From positions 3,086,084-3,150,083 of the forward strand of contig MU056050.1 of the NCBI GenBank assembly GCA_013239625.1: a stretch of 64,000 nt of DNA. The letters run 5' to 3'. How positions within the stretch are numbered: the stretch's first letter is position 1; each line of letters opens with the position of its first letter. The translations under genes were made by a program, and so were the position numbers. The stretch is from Lama guanicoe (taxonomy: Eukaryota). Below are positions 27,520-40,892 of this stretch, in pieces. The notes under the pieces were generated by a model. The model ran no database searches. It was not told the origin of the DNA and was given only the letters and a program-made list of their open reading frames with translations.

Positions 27520-27976
27520 ACAAGTATCAGTGTTTATTCATAATGGCCAAAACAGGTGAAAATCTACAAAAGATCCATCAACTGATGAATGGATCAACAA
27601 AATACAGCCTACCCATACAATGGAATACTACTCAGCCATAAAAAGGAATGGAGTACTGATACATGCTACAACATGGACAGACCTTGAAAACATTATGATA
27701 AGTGAAAGAAGCCAAAAAGAAAAGGCTGCACATTATGATTGCATTTATATCAAATGTACAAATAGGCAAATCTATACAGACCGAAAGTAGATTAGTGCTA
27801 GCCAGGGGCTGGGGACAGGTGGGGACAGGAAATAACTGCCAGTGCCTTGAGGTTTCTTTTTGGCATGATGAAAATGTTCTAGAATTAAAGAGTGGTGATG
27901 GCTACACAACTTTGACTATACTAAGAATCACTGAACTGTGCACTTTAAATCAGTGAATTATATAGCATGTAAATTA
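27520..27976 (+). mobile_element. L1MB-like 3' end
   Basis: ccatcaactgatgaatggatcaacaaaat...aaagtagattagtgctagccaggggctgg...gatgaaaatgttctagaatta. Confidence 0.8.
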
Positions 27977-28292
27977 CAGTTGGCCCTCCACATTCTTGGG
28001 TTCCACATCTGAAGATTCAACTAATCACAGATGAGAAAATACTCAGAAAAAAAAATTGCAGAATGTCCCACAAAGCAAAACTTGAATTTGCTGTACTTAA
28101 ATTTACAACTATTTACTTAGCATTTTATTAGGTATTAGAAGTAATCTAGAGATGATTTAAGGGATACACAAGGATGTGCATAGGTTAAACGCAAATACTA
28201 CACCATTTTATATAACGGATTTGAGCATACACAGATTTTAGTATCTGTGTGGGTCCTGGAACCAATCCCCTGTGGATACCAAGGGACAACTG
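27977..28292 (-). mobile_element. MER2B TcMar-Tigger MITE with TIRs and TA TSD
   Basis: TA|cagttggccct ... agggacaactg|TA; reverse orientation relative to the copy at 20829. Confidence 0.9.
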
Positions 28293-29929
28293 TATATGGA
28301 TTTACATATCCCTGTCCCTTTAAAAAATTCGAATCATACAACTGTATATTTCAACAAAGTTGTTATAAAAATATAGTTAGAAGGTATAAATTGGCGTGCA
28401 TAGCCTACACACAGAGACACAGAAACTACTGTGCACTGTCATAAATTTTGATGTGCTTCCAAGTGGTATTAGAAGGTACCTGCTATCTAGATGCTGAACT
28501 GTCTCTGGGCCAGTACTTTTAGGACACATAACTGGTAGTTCACAACAGGGATGTCTATTTTTTATATTTTATACAATGTAAGATGCTTGTTATATGTAGG
28601 TTACTATGGTCACATCCCTCCTGGACTTTGGGATGGTAGCAGGAGGGCTGGTCATAGCTCATTTTCTCCAGCTTCCCCTTGTGTATCTCAGAATGTAAGT
28701 CCCCAGAGGACAGGGCAGTCATGTCTGTCTAAATTCTTGACATCTACTTACTGGGCATTTAATAAAGAAAATTATCTTATGATCCACCTATCCCATAGCT
28801 GAGCGTAATGAGGGGTTCCAGGTCTTGAGAAAGAGAAGCAGCCAGCACAGGCACCAGTTCTCAGGGGCTGTCATTTTGCTACAGACTTTGCTACCTTTTA
28901 GGAACCCAGAAAATCTATAATTATACCAAATTAAAACTTCTCTTCACAAATAAATCTCATTACAGAAAGTATTAATAACAATAATAGTAAACATAATAGA
29001 TAGTGGCATCTATTAAACATATTGTACCCTCTTTTTGAATTCCTACCTCTTACTTCCCCAATATCCAAATGTCTCTTTCATACACAATGTGCCACAAATT
29101 GGTGTCGATTTATCTGTGAGGGTCCTCCCTCCTCTTGTCTCCTCCCGAGAGACTGTAGTCCCTTCACTATCTCCTTTCTTACTAGCATCCTCAATGTCTC
29201 CCCTCTATTGTTTTCTTATTCCTTGTTTTCAAACAACCACAAGTCTCTCTTCTTAAAAAAAAAAAGAATAAAATGACCCAACTGCCCCTTCATCTAGTTA
29301 TCATACTATTTATCTGCTTCCTTTCCTTGCCAAACTCCATTTGCTGCCTCTATTGCTTCATTATCCGTTTACCACTTAGGCTATTACCATCTGCATGTCC
29401 CCCTTACCACTCTATTATTCCATTCTCCTAAATATGCACTCTTTAAGGTCAACTAGGATTGATTTTTCTTGTTTCTTAAGGCTCAGATCAAACTACTTCT
29501 ATAATAAAAGTCATCTTTTCATCTTCTTTTTTTTAAGCCTCTTAGCCACCTAACCATCTTATTTCTATTTCTGTACAACAGTTGGTTGCATGTTATTTTG
29601 CATTGTGTGTGTATGTATGCATGTTGCTTCCAGCTCTCCTATATAACAGGAACTTTCTCAAGGGCAAAAGATGTGTCTTCTGCTTCATTTGTTAACTTTT
29701 CACAGTACTTAGTACAGTTAAAACAGCACCTTAACTCATAATAGCATTAAAAATTATGAGTTTCTATTCTATGTTTCTGATACTAAGATTTCATTTTTCT
29801 TCTCTTGATATTATTTTAATGATGGATTTGAGGTGGTCAAGAATCTCTTACAATTCAGCTGTTTACATTTATTCTTCCCTCCTGATGAAGTACCGATAGT
29901 GGGAAGATGTATTCATATCGCATCCTCGT

Positions 29930-30480
29930 GAAGACACTTCTGGTAGGACATAAAATGGAAAGAGGAAAAGGCAACTAAAATGACTAAGGGAGCATAGGCG
30001 CTACAAGTAGAGCACAGGAGTAAAACCAAAGGCTCTTAGTATCAGAAGGGCAGAGTCTAGCAAATGGTATGTGATTATTATCTGTGGAATTGCAAAGTTA
30101 TCCACGGGAAAAAATGCAGACTTCTGCTTCAGATCCCCAAACTCCAGCACTTTATTTTCAAAAATAAATTTTATATACTAGAGTTACCTTTGACTTCACA
30201 AAAAAGCTAGTAAATGTTTGAACGTCTTCCAAAAATAGTAGAGGCTGCAAGATTTAAATGGATGCTCAACAGAATTAAATATACACATGGCTGATAAATT
30301 TCTACAATGGGCTGCTTCTTCTAAAACCTAAGATGTTATAAACATGTTATAAGAAGGTCCCCTAGCTTTCGAAGACTACTCCAGGAGGATAAATATGCCA
30401 TTCTATAGCATACCACTGAGTGCCCCTGTCAGGTGTAGACTATTGGGCTAGAGGGACCACAAGGTAGACACATTTCACAT
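29930..30480 (+). mobile_element. Ancient CR1/L3-type LINE 3' fragment
   Basis: aaggcaactaaaatgactaaggg and terminal gtcaggtgtagactattgggctagagggacca resemble mammalian CR1 3' ends. Confidence 0.5.
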
Positions 30481-31335
30481 GGCATCACAGGAAACGAGTG
30501 TTAAAAAAAAGTGAAAAGAAAAGGAGAATGAGGATTGAAATGAAACAAGAATGAAACATTAAACATATATGACCAAGAACATTTAACATGAATTTTTTAT
30601 ACTGTAAATAAGCTTGCCTTTTAGCATAGTGAACCCTTTCCATAAATCTGTTTTAGAAGTCAGGTCTCCAGTATGCTTCAGAAAAGCTTTTGTTAAAACT
30701 GAAGTATATTGATAAAGTGATTTAATATAGTTGAAAACAAGCTACAGCACTCTAGGTGGGTCCCCAGAAACCCTGTGTTAGAGAAACATCTATATGGCAC
30801 TGAAACATTTACTGTAATTTGCCATCAATCTTTAAAAATAATAATGTTATGCTCCCACCACTGTTGTCTTTGTTAGTGTATTACTACTATTTTATTCATG
30901 TGGTTTGCTGTGCCTATATGAATTATTCCCAATTCTACAACAAGGTCCTAGGCTCTAATATCCTGTAAGTAAAAGATACTGAAACAATGCATTGACTCAA
31001 AAGGCAGCTGAGTGCATTTTAATAATCACATGTCCTATAAACGAATATTAAAGAATCATAGAATTATACTGCAGGACTGTGTTCCATTTTAATGCACAGT
31101 GATTACCTGGGTGGGGTTGGTGTGGTTTTTCACTTTGGTACCACAAAATGAATCTTCACCTACTGACTGGGTCTGTGAAATATCAGTGAAACTGTAAGTA
31201 AATTTAGAATTCAACCTGTTATTCAGGATCCACAATTGTCACTGCATAAATTGCCTCCACTGTAACTATGCCACAGGTCAAAACAAAACAAAACAAAGCC
31301 AAAAAGCCAAGTAAAACACACAAATGCGTGCACGT

Positions 31336-31336
<1 letters not shown>

Positions 31337-31397
<61 letters not shown>
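31337..31397. repeat. (CA)n microsatellite
   Basis: About 30 perfect units. Confidence 0.98.
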
Positions 31398-31399
<2 letters not shown>

Positions 31400-33494
31400 C
31401 TTATCTCTTCAGCTAAGTCTGCAATGAAAGGAGGTCAGGAAAGGTGCATTTTGTGCTGTTGTTTAACTTGCAGTTCCCTAGGGTACTTGCAGGTGGGTGA
31501 GTGTCTGTGTTCTGCTTCGATAAGAAGGGAATGCTTGCTGAACCTGGATCTTTGCAATGAAATGTAATATTTGCAAGGTACCCTTAGGGAGAGGAGGGAG
31601 ATCAAGACAGTGGAGTAAGAGGACAAGGAACTCACCTCCCCACATGAACACATCAAAAATACATCTACATGTGGAACAATTCTCACTGAAAACAAATGGA
31701 AACCAGCAGGACTCCTGTACAACCAAAGCTGTAAGAAAGATACACATGTAATAGGGTAGGATGGGAGAATAAATCAATCAGGCGAGGACCAGTGCACCTG
31801 GGAGGGGACTCCGAGCAAAAGGGAGATCACAGGGGCAGATATCAGCCCTGAGGAGTAAGGGAGTTGAGCCACAGACTGGACATTCCAGTCAGGAGGTCCT
31901 ATGTGGAGAAGACAAGCCCCGTTCGTTGCTTGGAGGACCACTGGGTCAGACAGAAAGTCTGGGGAAGCCAGGACACAGCTTGCGAGGAGCGCATGCGCAC
32001 TGACTTGCCCTCCCCTGCAGGGCAGGAGGAAGACTGCCCTAATAGTTGCTGGTTTCCTGAGACCACCTCGCTATGCTCTGCTCACGTCATGCCATAGCAC
32101 GACACTGTTTCTGGGGCAGCCAGGACCAGGGTAAAGTCTGGATGGACCATGGGACTCAGAGGTGACTGGTCCCAGGGTGGAGCCTGGGTGGGACAGCTAT
32201 TATTGGCACTTATTCAGGCAGCGCCTCAGAAGCAGCCCAGTCTCTGATGGCAGCCACTCTACCACAGCTCACCACCTAACTGAAGAAGATACCAAGACAT
32301 GGAAGGCTATCCCGTGCTCTTGAATTGGAAGATTAATATTATTAAAATGGTCGTACTACCCAAAGCAGTCTACAGATTTAATGCAATCCCTATCAAAATA
32401 CTCATGACATTTTTCACATAATAGAACAAATAATCCTAAAATTTGTATGGAACCACAAAAGACTCTGAATTGCCAAAGCAATCTTGAGAATAAAGAACAA
32501 AGCTGGAGGTATCACACTCCCAGTCTTCATACTATACTACAAAGTAAGCAAAACAGCATGGTACTGGCACAAAAACAGACACACAGATCAATGGATTAGA
32601 CTGTAGAGCCCAGAAATTAAACCCACGCACCTATGGTCAATTAATCTATGACAAAGGAGGCAAGAATATACAATGGAGAAAAGGGTCTCTTCAACAAGTG
32701 ATGCTGGGAAACAGCTACATGTAAAACAATGAGATCAGAACATTTCCTCACATCACATACAAAAATTAAGTTTAAATAAATTAAAAACCTAAATGTAACA
32801 CCTGAAACCATCACACTCCTAGAAGAGAACACAGGTAGAACACTCTCTGACATAAATTGCAGCAATATTTTTTTTAGATCTGTCTCCTAAAGGAAAATAA
32901 ATAAAAGCAAAAATAAATAAAAGGGACCAACTTAAAAGCTTTTGCACTGCAAAGAAAACTGCTGACAAAATGAAAAGATAACCTACTGAACGGGAGAAAA
33001 TATTTGCAAATGATGAGACCAACAAGGGCTTAATTTCCCAAATATGTAAACAACTTATACAACTGAACATCAAAAAAAAAATCAAAAAATGGGCAGAAGA
33101 CTTGAATACATTTTTCCAAAGAAGATATATAGATGACCAACAGACACATGAAAAGATGCTCAACATTGGTAATCATCAGAGAAATGCAAATGAAAATTAC
33201 AATGAGATACTACCTCACACCTATCAGAATGGCTATCATCAAAAGGTCTACAAATAACAAATGTTGGAGAGGATGTGGAGAAAAGGAAACCCTCATACAC
33301 TGTTGGTAGGAATGTAAATTGCTGCAGCCACTATGGAAAACAGTATGGAGTTTCCTCAAAAAGTTAAAAGTAGAGTTACCATATGATCCAGCAATGCCAC
33401 TCCTGGGTATGTATCAAAACAAAACAAAACAAAACAAAAACAAAAACCCTAATTTGAAAAGATACATGCCTGCCAATGTTCACGGCAACACTAT

Positions 33495-33966
33495 ATTTGA
33501 ATTTTTTTAATATTTCTTAATTTTTTATTGACTTATAGTCAGTTTACAATGTGTAAATTTCTCATGTACAGCATAATGTTTCAGTCATACATATACATAC
33601 ATATATTGGTTTTCATACGCTTTTTCATTATAGGTTACTACAAGATATTGAATATAGTTCCTTGTGCTATACAGTAGGACCTTGTTGTTTATCTATTTTA
33701 TGCATATTAGTTAGTATCTGCAAATCTCAAACTCCCAATTTATCCCTCCCTATTTGCTATCCTGCTTGGTAACCATAAGTTGATTTTCTGTCTGTGTGTC
33801 TGTGAGTCTGCTTCTGTTTTATAAATAAGATCATTTGTGGTAGTGTTGTTTTTTGTTTTGTTTTGTTTTGTTTTGTTTTAGATTCCACATATGAGTGATA
33901 TCATATGGTATTTTTCTTTCTCTTTCTGGCTTACTTCACTTAGAATGAAGATCTCCAGGGCCATCC
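33495..33966 (-). mobile_element. Short 5'-truncated L1 3' end nested in the opposite orientation, with 19-bp TSD
   Basis: T-rich tail then tttttattgacttatagtcagtttacaat. TSD atgttcac(g/a)gcaacactat at 33476-33494 and 33967-33985. Confidence 0.9.
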
Positions 33967-34055
33967 ATGTTCACAGCAACACTATTTATAAGAGCCAAAA
34001 TATGGAAGGAACCCAAGAGCCTATCAACAGACGATTGACTTAAGATGTGGTATAC

Positions 34056-34090
34056 AGATAGATAGATAGACAGATAGATAGATAGATAGA
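34056..34090. repeat. (GATA)n microsatellite with one GACA interruption
   Basis: Direct reading. Confidence 0.95.
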
Positions 34091-34949
34091 GACATAGGAA
34101 TATAACTCAGCCATAAAAAAGAATGAAATACTGCCATTTGCAGCATCACGGATGGACCTACAGACTACTGTGCTTAGTGAAATAAGTCAAATAAAGAAAG
34201 ACAAATACTGTATATCACTTATATGTGGAATTAAAAAAATACAAATGAACATATATGCAGAACAGAAGCAGATTCACAGATACAGAAAACAAACTAGTGG
34301 TTACCAGTAAGGAGAGGGATGGAACAAATTAGGGATATGGGATTAAAAGATACAAGCTACTATGTATAAAATAGATAAGCAACAAGGATATATTGTACAG
34401 CACAGGGAATTACAGCCATTATCTTATAATAACTTTTAATGAATTATAATCTGTAAAGATACTGGATCACTATGTTGTACACATGAAAATAATATAATAT
34501 TGTAAATCAACTATACTTCAATTAAAAAAAATAAAATGCAAAACATGATGGAAATAGGTGAGAACATTACATATACATCTGAAATTAATAGTGATGGCAA
34601 TCAGAATATTTTTGAAAATGGATATTAAGGAAATAGCAAGAGAAGATTGATATAACATGGTGGATATGGTGACTTGCTATATTGGTAGTGGGACTAGTAA
34701 GGGGATACCTAAAGATGACTATCCACATGGGGAAGATATGGTAAAATAAATAGTGTGAGAAATAAAAGGAATTACAAGGCCGTAAAAAAAAAAAAAATAC
34801 AGTGCTGAAAATGGCAAAAAAAAAAAGTATTGTTAGGGAAGGGACATACATTTGACTATAAGCATTGAGATCTTTAATCGAGACACCTGTAACTTAAACA
34901 GTTGGCCTTGAGAAAAGAATTTTATAAAAAAGAAAGAAGACCCAAAGAC

Positions 34950-35170
34950 TGGTACTGAGATAACAGTAAAGAGATTGGATCCTGATCCCAGCTCTGCCTA
35001 TTAGTTATGTGTAGTATGCAAGGCAAGTCACTTAACCTTCTTCCGTTTTCTTTTTCAATGGTAAAACAAGGGTAACAATAGCTGCTACAGTATAAAACTG
35101 TTATGTGGATTAAAGACATTAAAGTATTTTGAAATTGTAAGTGCTCTCTAAGTGCAGACTATTATTGTTA
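34950..35170 (+). mobile_element. MIR SINE
   Basis: ggcaagtcacttaaccttc...gttatgtggattaaa. Confidence 0.7.
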
Positions 35171-35671
35171 CATACACGTCAAAAAGCGAAGCTTATAAGG
35201 CAGAAAACTGGGAATTAATTATTTGAATTGCAACAGAATTCTCTGCAAGTACTTTAAATGGAAAATGTGGTTTACAAATTTTACAGACATACATTTCAAC
35301 CACTTTTCAGGAGTACATCCCCTTTTGCAAAAATAGGTCCACTTTTACTTGGAGTGGCTAACTGTTCTTCCTTAACTGCATAATTTGAATTCACTGACTT
35401 ACACCATATATAGCTGGAAGGGACCTTAGAGATAAACTAGTCCTACTGAGCATCATCTGCTGCTTGTCAAACCCTTAGCAGCAGGGAAGAGATGGAGGAA
35501 GAGAAAGGAAGGCGGAAGGAAGAGGTGTGGCAGGAATCTCCCCCCGCCCCTTGTTATCTGGAGAAAGGCAGCTCTTACCCATTTTTTATTTCAAATTACT
35601 GGGTAAAATTTAATTTGCAAAAAGCGTTTCACTTCCCATGATCCCTCCTCTGTCCCCAAAGAGTTGCAAGC

Positions 35672-36257
35672 TGAGGGGAGCAGTATTGGCCACCCCAAAA
35701 TATGCCTCTTTGGCATAAGGATTATCTTGAGCTGATGATTTTTAAGAAACAGCAGACACAGGAAAAGCTGGGAAAACTGAGTGGGAGTTACCCTTTTGCA
35801 AAAGACCCTTTTGCAAGTTAAAAATTACAAGTTAAAAGTTACCCTTTTGCAAGATTTATAAGGGGAATCTCCATTTATAAGGTTGTCTCCCCCTCTCTAT
35901 CAGGAAGAGAAGGATAACTCTAAATCTCTAGAAACTCTTATCAAAGGAGAAGGCAAGGACTGAAATCTGCATAACAATCACACTCTGTTCACTGTGCTTT
36001 TCCTGATAACCTCCCAGAACTGAGTCCCCTCACATCCTTTGTCTTTAGCTGGAGACGGTATCTAAGGTGGTGGCTTGGGTCATTTTGGGGAGTTACTCAA
36101 TTTTCCTGGGTCTCTCCCATGTATACAGGAGGTATACATGTTATTAAACTTGTTCTTCTCCTGTTTATCTGTCTTTTTTTTAGCGGGGGGCGGTGGGAGG
36201 AGGTCCTCAGCCAAGAACCTAGAAGGGTAGAGGGAAAATTATTTTTCCTCCCCTACA
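35672..36257 (+). mobile_element. ERV1 solo LTR, MER34A-like
   Basis: TG...CA termini; 4-bp TSD aagc at 35668-35671 and 36258-36261; diagnostic gccaccccaaaatatgcctctttggcataaggatta and aagaacctagaagggtagagggaaaattatttttcctcccctaca. Confidence 0.9.
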
Positions 36258-36861
36258 AAGCCAACTCCCTTTTTTTTTCAGAGGAGAAACTGGAGCTCAA
36301 AGAGGTGAAGCTATAGTCACAGTGTGGTCTTGGCTGAAGCATCTTCACAACAGGCTATAAATTGTGTCATATCAATCAGCTATATGCTGTTTACATGGTC
36401 ATATATTCAGCAGACGTTGACTCAAAAATGTCTTTTTTTCCCCTTCAACTCGGTGGGAATAGATCTTGTAGCCTGAACTTAAAAGAAATGACACTTCCCC
36501 CAAGGCCAGCCTTTTGCAAAAACTGTAAAGATAAAGATAGGGTAGGAGTTGTCTTTAGTATCCTTTAGTTTTCTGTCTCTTCACCCACTCTTCTTGTTCT
36601 TGGTGCTCAATTTTGGCATCCAACCTGCAGGAATTCAGTACCCTCATCTACCCAATAAACTTCCTCTTCATTCAGATTGCTACTGACAATGTTGGATTTT
36701 ACAGGAGCCCTATGCTCCTGGAAAACAGAGTTGGTTAAGAGATTCCTTCAACCTTTTGTTTTCTGGCATCCTTCCACCCTTTTATGCTTTAGGAAGTGGC
36801 TTACCACAAAACTAATAAATAAACAAAAATAACCAAACTGAAAACCCCCTTCCCTCTGACT

Positions 36862-37294
36862 TATTAGATAAGGCTCTCTGTCCATTCTTTGTCAGGACCC
36901 CGAGAAGAATAGCACATGACTCCCTTGTTTACCTGCGACATGGCCAAACACAGACCTTTCCCCTTTTGCAGGAAGCTGCAGAAAGACCAGATACAGACCT
37001 TCCAAGTTCCCATTCCTTAAATAATTAGTTGAGATTAGAACTATTTGTTCCCTTTCAACTAGCCAGACACAGAGAGAAACATTTCCGGTTTATCTGAGTG
37101 ACTGAGATTTCTGACGACAAAACAATCCCAACTGTAAATCACCCCCTTGTAGCTCATCTGCTCCTCCTAGAAAAGTCTTGGGCAACACCACCTCGCTCGC
37201 CCCCTCACTCTGATTTTGAATCTAGGGTGCTCTCCTTATGGTAATAGCCTGAATAAAATCAATTATCTTGCCTGTTCAGTGTTTGTCTTTGATA
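36862..37294 (+). mobile_element. Probable older ERV1-class solo LTR
   Basis: LTR-like organisation: ggtaatagcctgAATAAAatc...gtttgtctttgata end and ttagataaggctctctg start. TSD not clear. Confidence 0.6.
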
Positions 37295-38199
37295 TCCCTT
37301 AGAAAACCTCGTTAGCAATTTATATGTTTAGTTGGTATTACATTATTACAGTAACAGATGAGAATACAGAAGAGGTGGAACCAGGAGTCCTTGCTTCTAG
37401 TCCCAGTTCTCTCTGTGTGTTCTTGACCCTTCTGGACCTCAGTTTCTTCATCTTTAAATCAAGATGTTGGATTTGATGATCTTTAAGATGTTAACATTCT
37501 AGATACGTTGATAAATTACATTGTAATTATTTTTAATTCAATTTGGACATTATGTGACTCAGGGCAAGGAATAAGTCTCATTTGTTCATATCCTTTGCTC
37601 TGTTTAAACCAGTTGTTACATAATATTTACTAGTTAAAGAGAAAGAATGAGTTATGATTAGTTTGTAAGCTCCTAAGGTAGGAGGGGCTGTTTTAACACA
37701 ATGCTTTCAATTTATAAATGTTATTGAACAACTGACAACTGATTTTTCTGGTAGATTCCGACATGTGGTTGTGACTTATGTCTTCTTTATGAAATTAAAT
37801 TTAAATTATTCAAATAAATTTCAGAAAGAAAACTTTAGCATATTAAATGTCTATAATCAAACACTCTTTTTTCTTTCATTTTGAAAACTAAGTGGTAGGA
37901 AAATTCTTTAATCTCCTAATGAAAAGCAGAAACATATAACTACTGCTAATGGGGAACTACTTATCCATGGCTTAGATGATGAAGGTGATGATAATTTAAA
38001 AATAATAGATGCTGGTAAATTGGTAAGTAAACAGAGATCAAACTTTAAAGAGACAAAATATCTAAATTCCAAGGAGGCCATCATTCATGGAAAAGTTGAT
38101 GTCAGTTTGAAAGCAGGATCTGTAGTACCTTATAAGATATCAAAAAACTCAAGGTGATTTTCCAATTATTTGGCCCAATAATAATTACTGCTAAATTAA

Positions 38200-38455
38200 A
38201 CAGTGTGCGTGGCACTGTACTATATGCTTTATATTCATTGTCTCATTTATTCCTCACAACCACTATATGAGACAAGTATATCATTACTATTATTATCATT
38301 TTATTATCACTATGTTGCAGATGAGGACACTGGTTCAGCGAGGCTGTGTCAATTAATTGCTTAAGGTTGGAGAGCCAGTAAGTGGCAAAGTCAATATTCA
38401 AAGTTAGATCTATCTGATTCCAGAATTCAGGCTCTTAACCACAGTGCCACAGTGT
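38200..38455 (-). mobile_element. MIR SINE
   Basis: ggcactgtactatatgctttata...tctcatttattcctcacaac...gcagatgaggacactg. Confidence 0.8.
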
Positions 38456-39039
38456 CGAATCCTCTAGGAGAGTAAAGAAAACAATGTAAAAAGAATGATC
38501 TGCTTTTCAGTTTATGTTAAGACATGCTTCTAGAACTGTATTAATGGGGTGCGTGATGTCTAGAAAATCATAAAAGGACAGCTGACCACTTGAAAATATT
38601 CTTATAGCATATTACATCTTCTGCAAGGTTTGGTTTAACATATTCATAGCATTAAAAAAGAGGAGCTATGTTTTTGCTTGGTAAGTATTATGCAGTGAAG
38701 ACCTAATATAATATAGCAGAACTATGATGTGCAGTTATAGTTAAGGGTTTGTTCAGACTTCCATAAAAAGTCAGTCTAAGGTAACAACTTGGTATATATG
38801 GCATCAACCTTTAATGGTTTTTCTTAGTAAAGTATTAAGTTGAAATTGGTTTGGCCTATTTTGTTGTTGTAATTGAGCAGAAACTTAAAAACATTTTCCA
38901 TTTGTAAAACCTGTCACAACATATTAAAATATAGGTGTATAGAATTTTTCAAAAATCTGCCATGAATAGACACTGGTGCTCTGTTTTCAGTGTGTAAAAT
39001 GTCTTTTGTGGTTTGCATATACATTTCCCATGTGGATTT

Positions 39040-39230
39040 CAGTACAGTGTAGAACTTAAGAGACAAGGCTCTGGAATCAGACCACCAGTTTCTAGCTCTG
39101 TGACCTTGGGCAAATTACTTAAACTCTCTGTGCTTCTATTTCTCATTTGGAAATTGGGGACCACAGCGTTACCTTCATGATATAATATGTTATGTGTCTT
39201 GTGCAATTATTGGCACATCGTAACTGTTTA
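39040..39230 (+). mobile_element. MIR SINE
   Basis: ggctctggaatcagac...ctgtgaccttggggcaaattacttaaactctctgtgc. Confidence 0.8.
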
Positions 39231-40739
39231 ATACAATTTAGTCATCAGTATCAAACTATTTTGTGGAAAGGAATTATAAAAATCTGAATTAGAATAAAGA
39301 AATGAATATGCTCTGATGCTAACTATGCGATGACCTTTTGCTGTCCTGTATGTTTCATTTTCCTCAAACAGATGATTCACGATTTTCAGTGTAACGGCAA
39401 AAACCCCCCTAGGCATATGATACCAAATGGTTGCTCCTGTATTTGCAGATATAAAGGAATCAAATAGTAGGAGAGAAGGTAAGGGAAAAAATGTTGAAGT
39501 CCAAGTGTATTCAGACCCTTTCCTCTGCCATCTCTGACCCCTGTACTACCCTCTGCCCCTCTGAGCAGCAACAGTGAAATTGCTGGGAAAGGTCACCCCA
39601 GGCTAGAATAGTATTTCTAAAGGAGGACATAAAGCAAACTGCATTGTGAATTGAAAACTGGAATAAACCATAATGTTTTCCTGAACCCTAAGCATTAATT
39701 TTTACTGGAGCATAGACCGAAGCAAAGTTCCTTTTTCAAAAACAAACAAAAACAAAACAAAACCAACAAACAATCCTCCCAAAGAAACTAAAACCACAAG
39801 TAAAGAGCAGTAATTCAAACAACTATAAAACAAAATCTCTTATTTTCAACTAACGAACCAAAACTGATTTTCTACTCCTATAAACTTATAAGCTCCTTGA
39901 GGGTAGGGTTTGGGTCATTCATTCATTCATCTGTTTATATTTGATTAAAAAATGTTTAAGATAGTAATGGCCATACGTTTTGTTTCCAGTTTCTACTTTT
40001 TGAATTGCTGTCCTGAAATTTTACATGGTTCCAGTCTCTCTGTACTGTATCCTATCTCAAAAAAAATCATAATACTAATTTGTAGCTATTTTCAATACTT
40101 GAATATTCAGACTAAGATCATTCAACATACATAAAATGTCGGGAGTGCTGGTACTGTGACATTTATTGTAAATAAGTCAGGTAGTTCAAGCTTTTGTCTG
40201 CTAAATTTAACGATTAAGTGCTCAAAGTGCTTTTGTTCTTTTCCCCAACTAGGAAGAATTCATGTTCCACACCTAGAAAAAATTCATATTCTCCCACTTT
40301 GACATAAACATTCACCCTTATATTATGCATAGAAGGTATTTTCTTATTATAAACAGAAGAAATTTCCATATACCCTTTGTAAAATGTTATATATAAATGC
40401 TGGGCTTGGACACAGAGAACTTAATCAAAATCCCATGTTGCTTCAGGGTAGTTATATGTGAAATGCAATTTCCATTATATTGAAACCTCCATCCTGTAAA
40501 TATTTATCTATTTTCAAAATTGCCGACATATTTGAAAAGTTTAATTGGTTTATACTCAAGGCACTAGAGAAAGGAAAATTTGCTTTCACAAGACATTTAC
40601 ATGTATTTATTCTGTCCACGTAGAGTATTTCTTTCAAGTGATCATGAAATTTAATGTGAAGTGAAACCACCCCAGATTTGGTTCTAATGACCAAATTAGA
40701 AGAAAAGTAATCAATAATCAATCAATCACTTTGATTTAC

Positions 40740-40892
40740 CTTTTTTCTCTGATTTATCGGAAACTTTTCCTCCAATTGGAGAGTAAGTAGTATCCATGGA
40801 CTCGGTCCCTCTGTTCCCCTTGCTAACTCCATTCTCATAGAGCTGTCCTTCAGCTGGTTGCAACTGCCAAGTCAGGCCGAACAAATGTACTG
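40740..40892 (-). CDS. TENM1: TENM1 coding exon, 153 nt: (A)VHLFGLTWQLQPAEGQLYENGVSKGNRGTESMDTTYSPIGGKVSDKSEKK; end of TM / juxtamembrane ectodomain
   Basis: Acceptor ttttcttacag|CA (AG at 40894-40893); donor AAAG|gtaaat (GT at 40739-40738); overlaps ORF 40726..40968. Confidence 0.95.

Larger units (their letters stand above)
31587..34536 (+). mobile_element. Artiodactyl-type L1: 5'UTR (~31587-32277) joined to 3' ORF2 and 3'UTR, with a nested inverted L1
   Basis: 5' end gggagaggagggagatcaagac...cacatcaaaaatacatctacatgtggaacaa resembles cetartiodactyl L1 5'UTRs. ORF2 remnant from ~32278 ([15 protein letters not shown]..., then [19 protein letters not shown] in a shifted frame). Ends ctatacttcaattaaaaaaaataaaa. 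Confidence 0.85.

Noticed and set aside
23789..33510. 60-115-aa ORFs within L1 copies (both strands) as genes
   Set aside because: They are fragments or antisense frames of L1 ORF2/UTR sequence.
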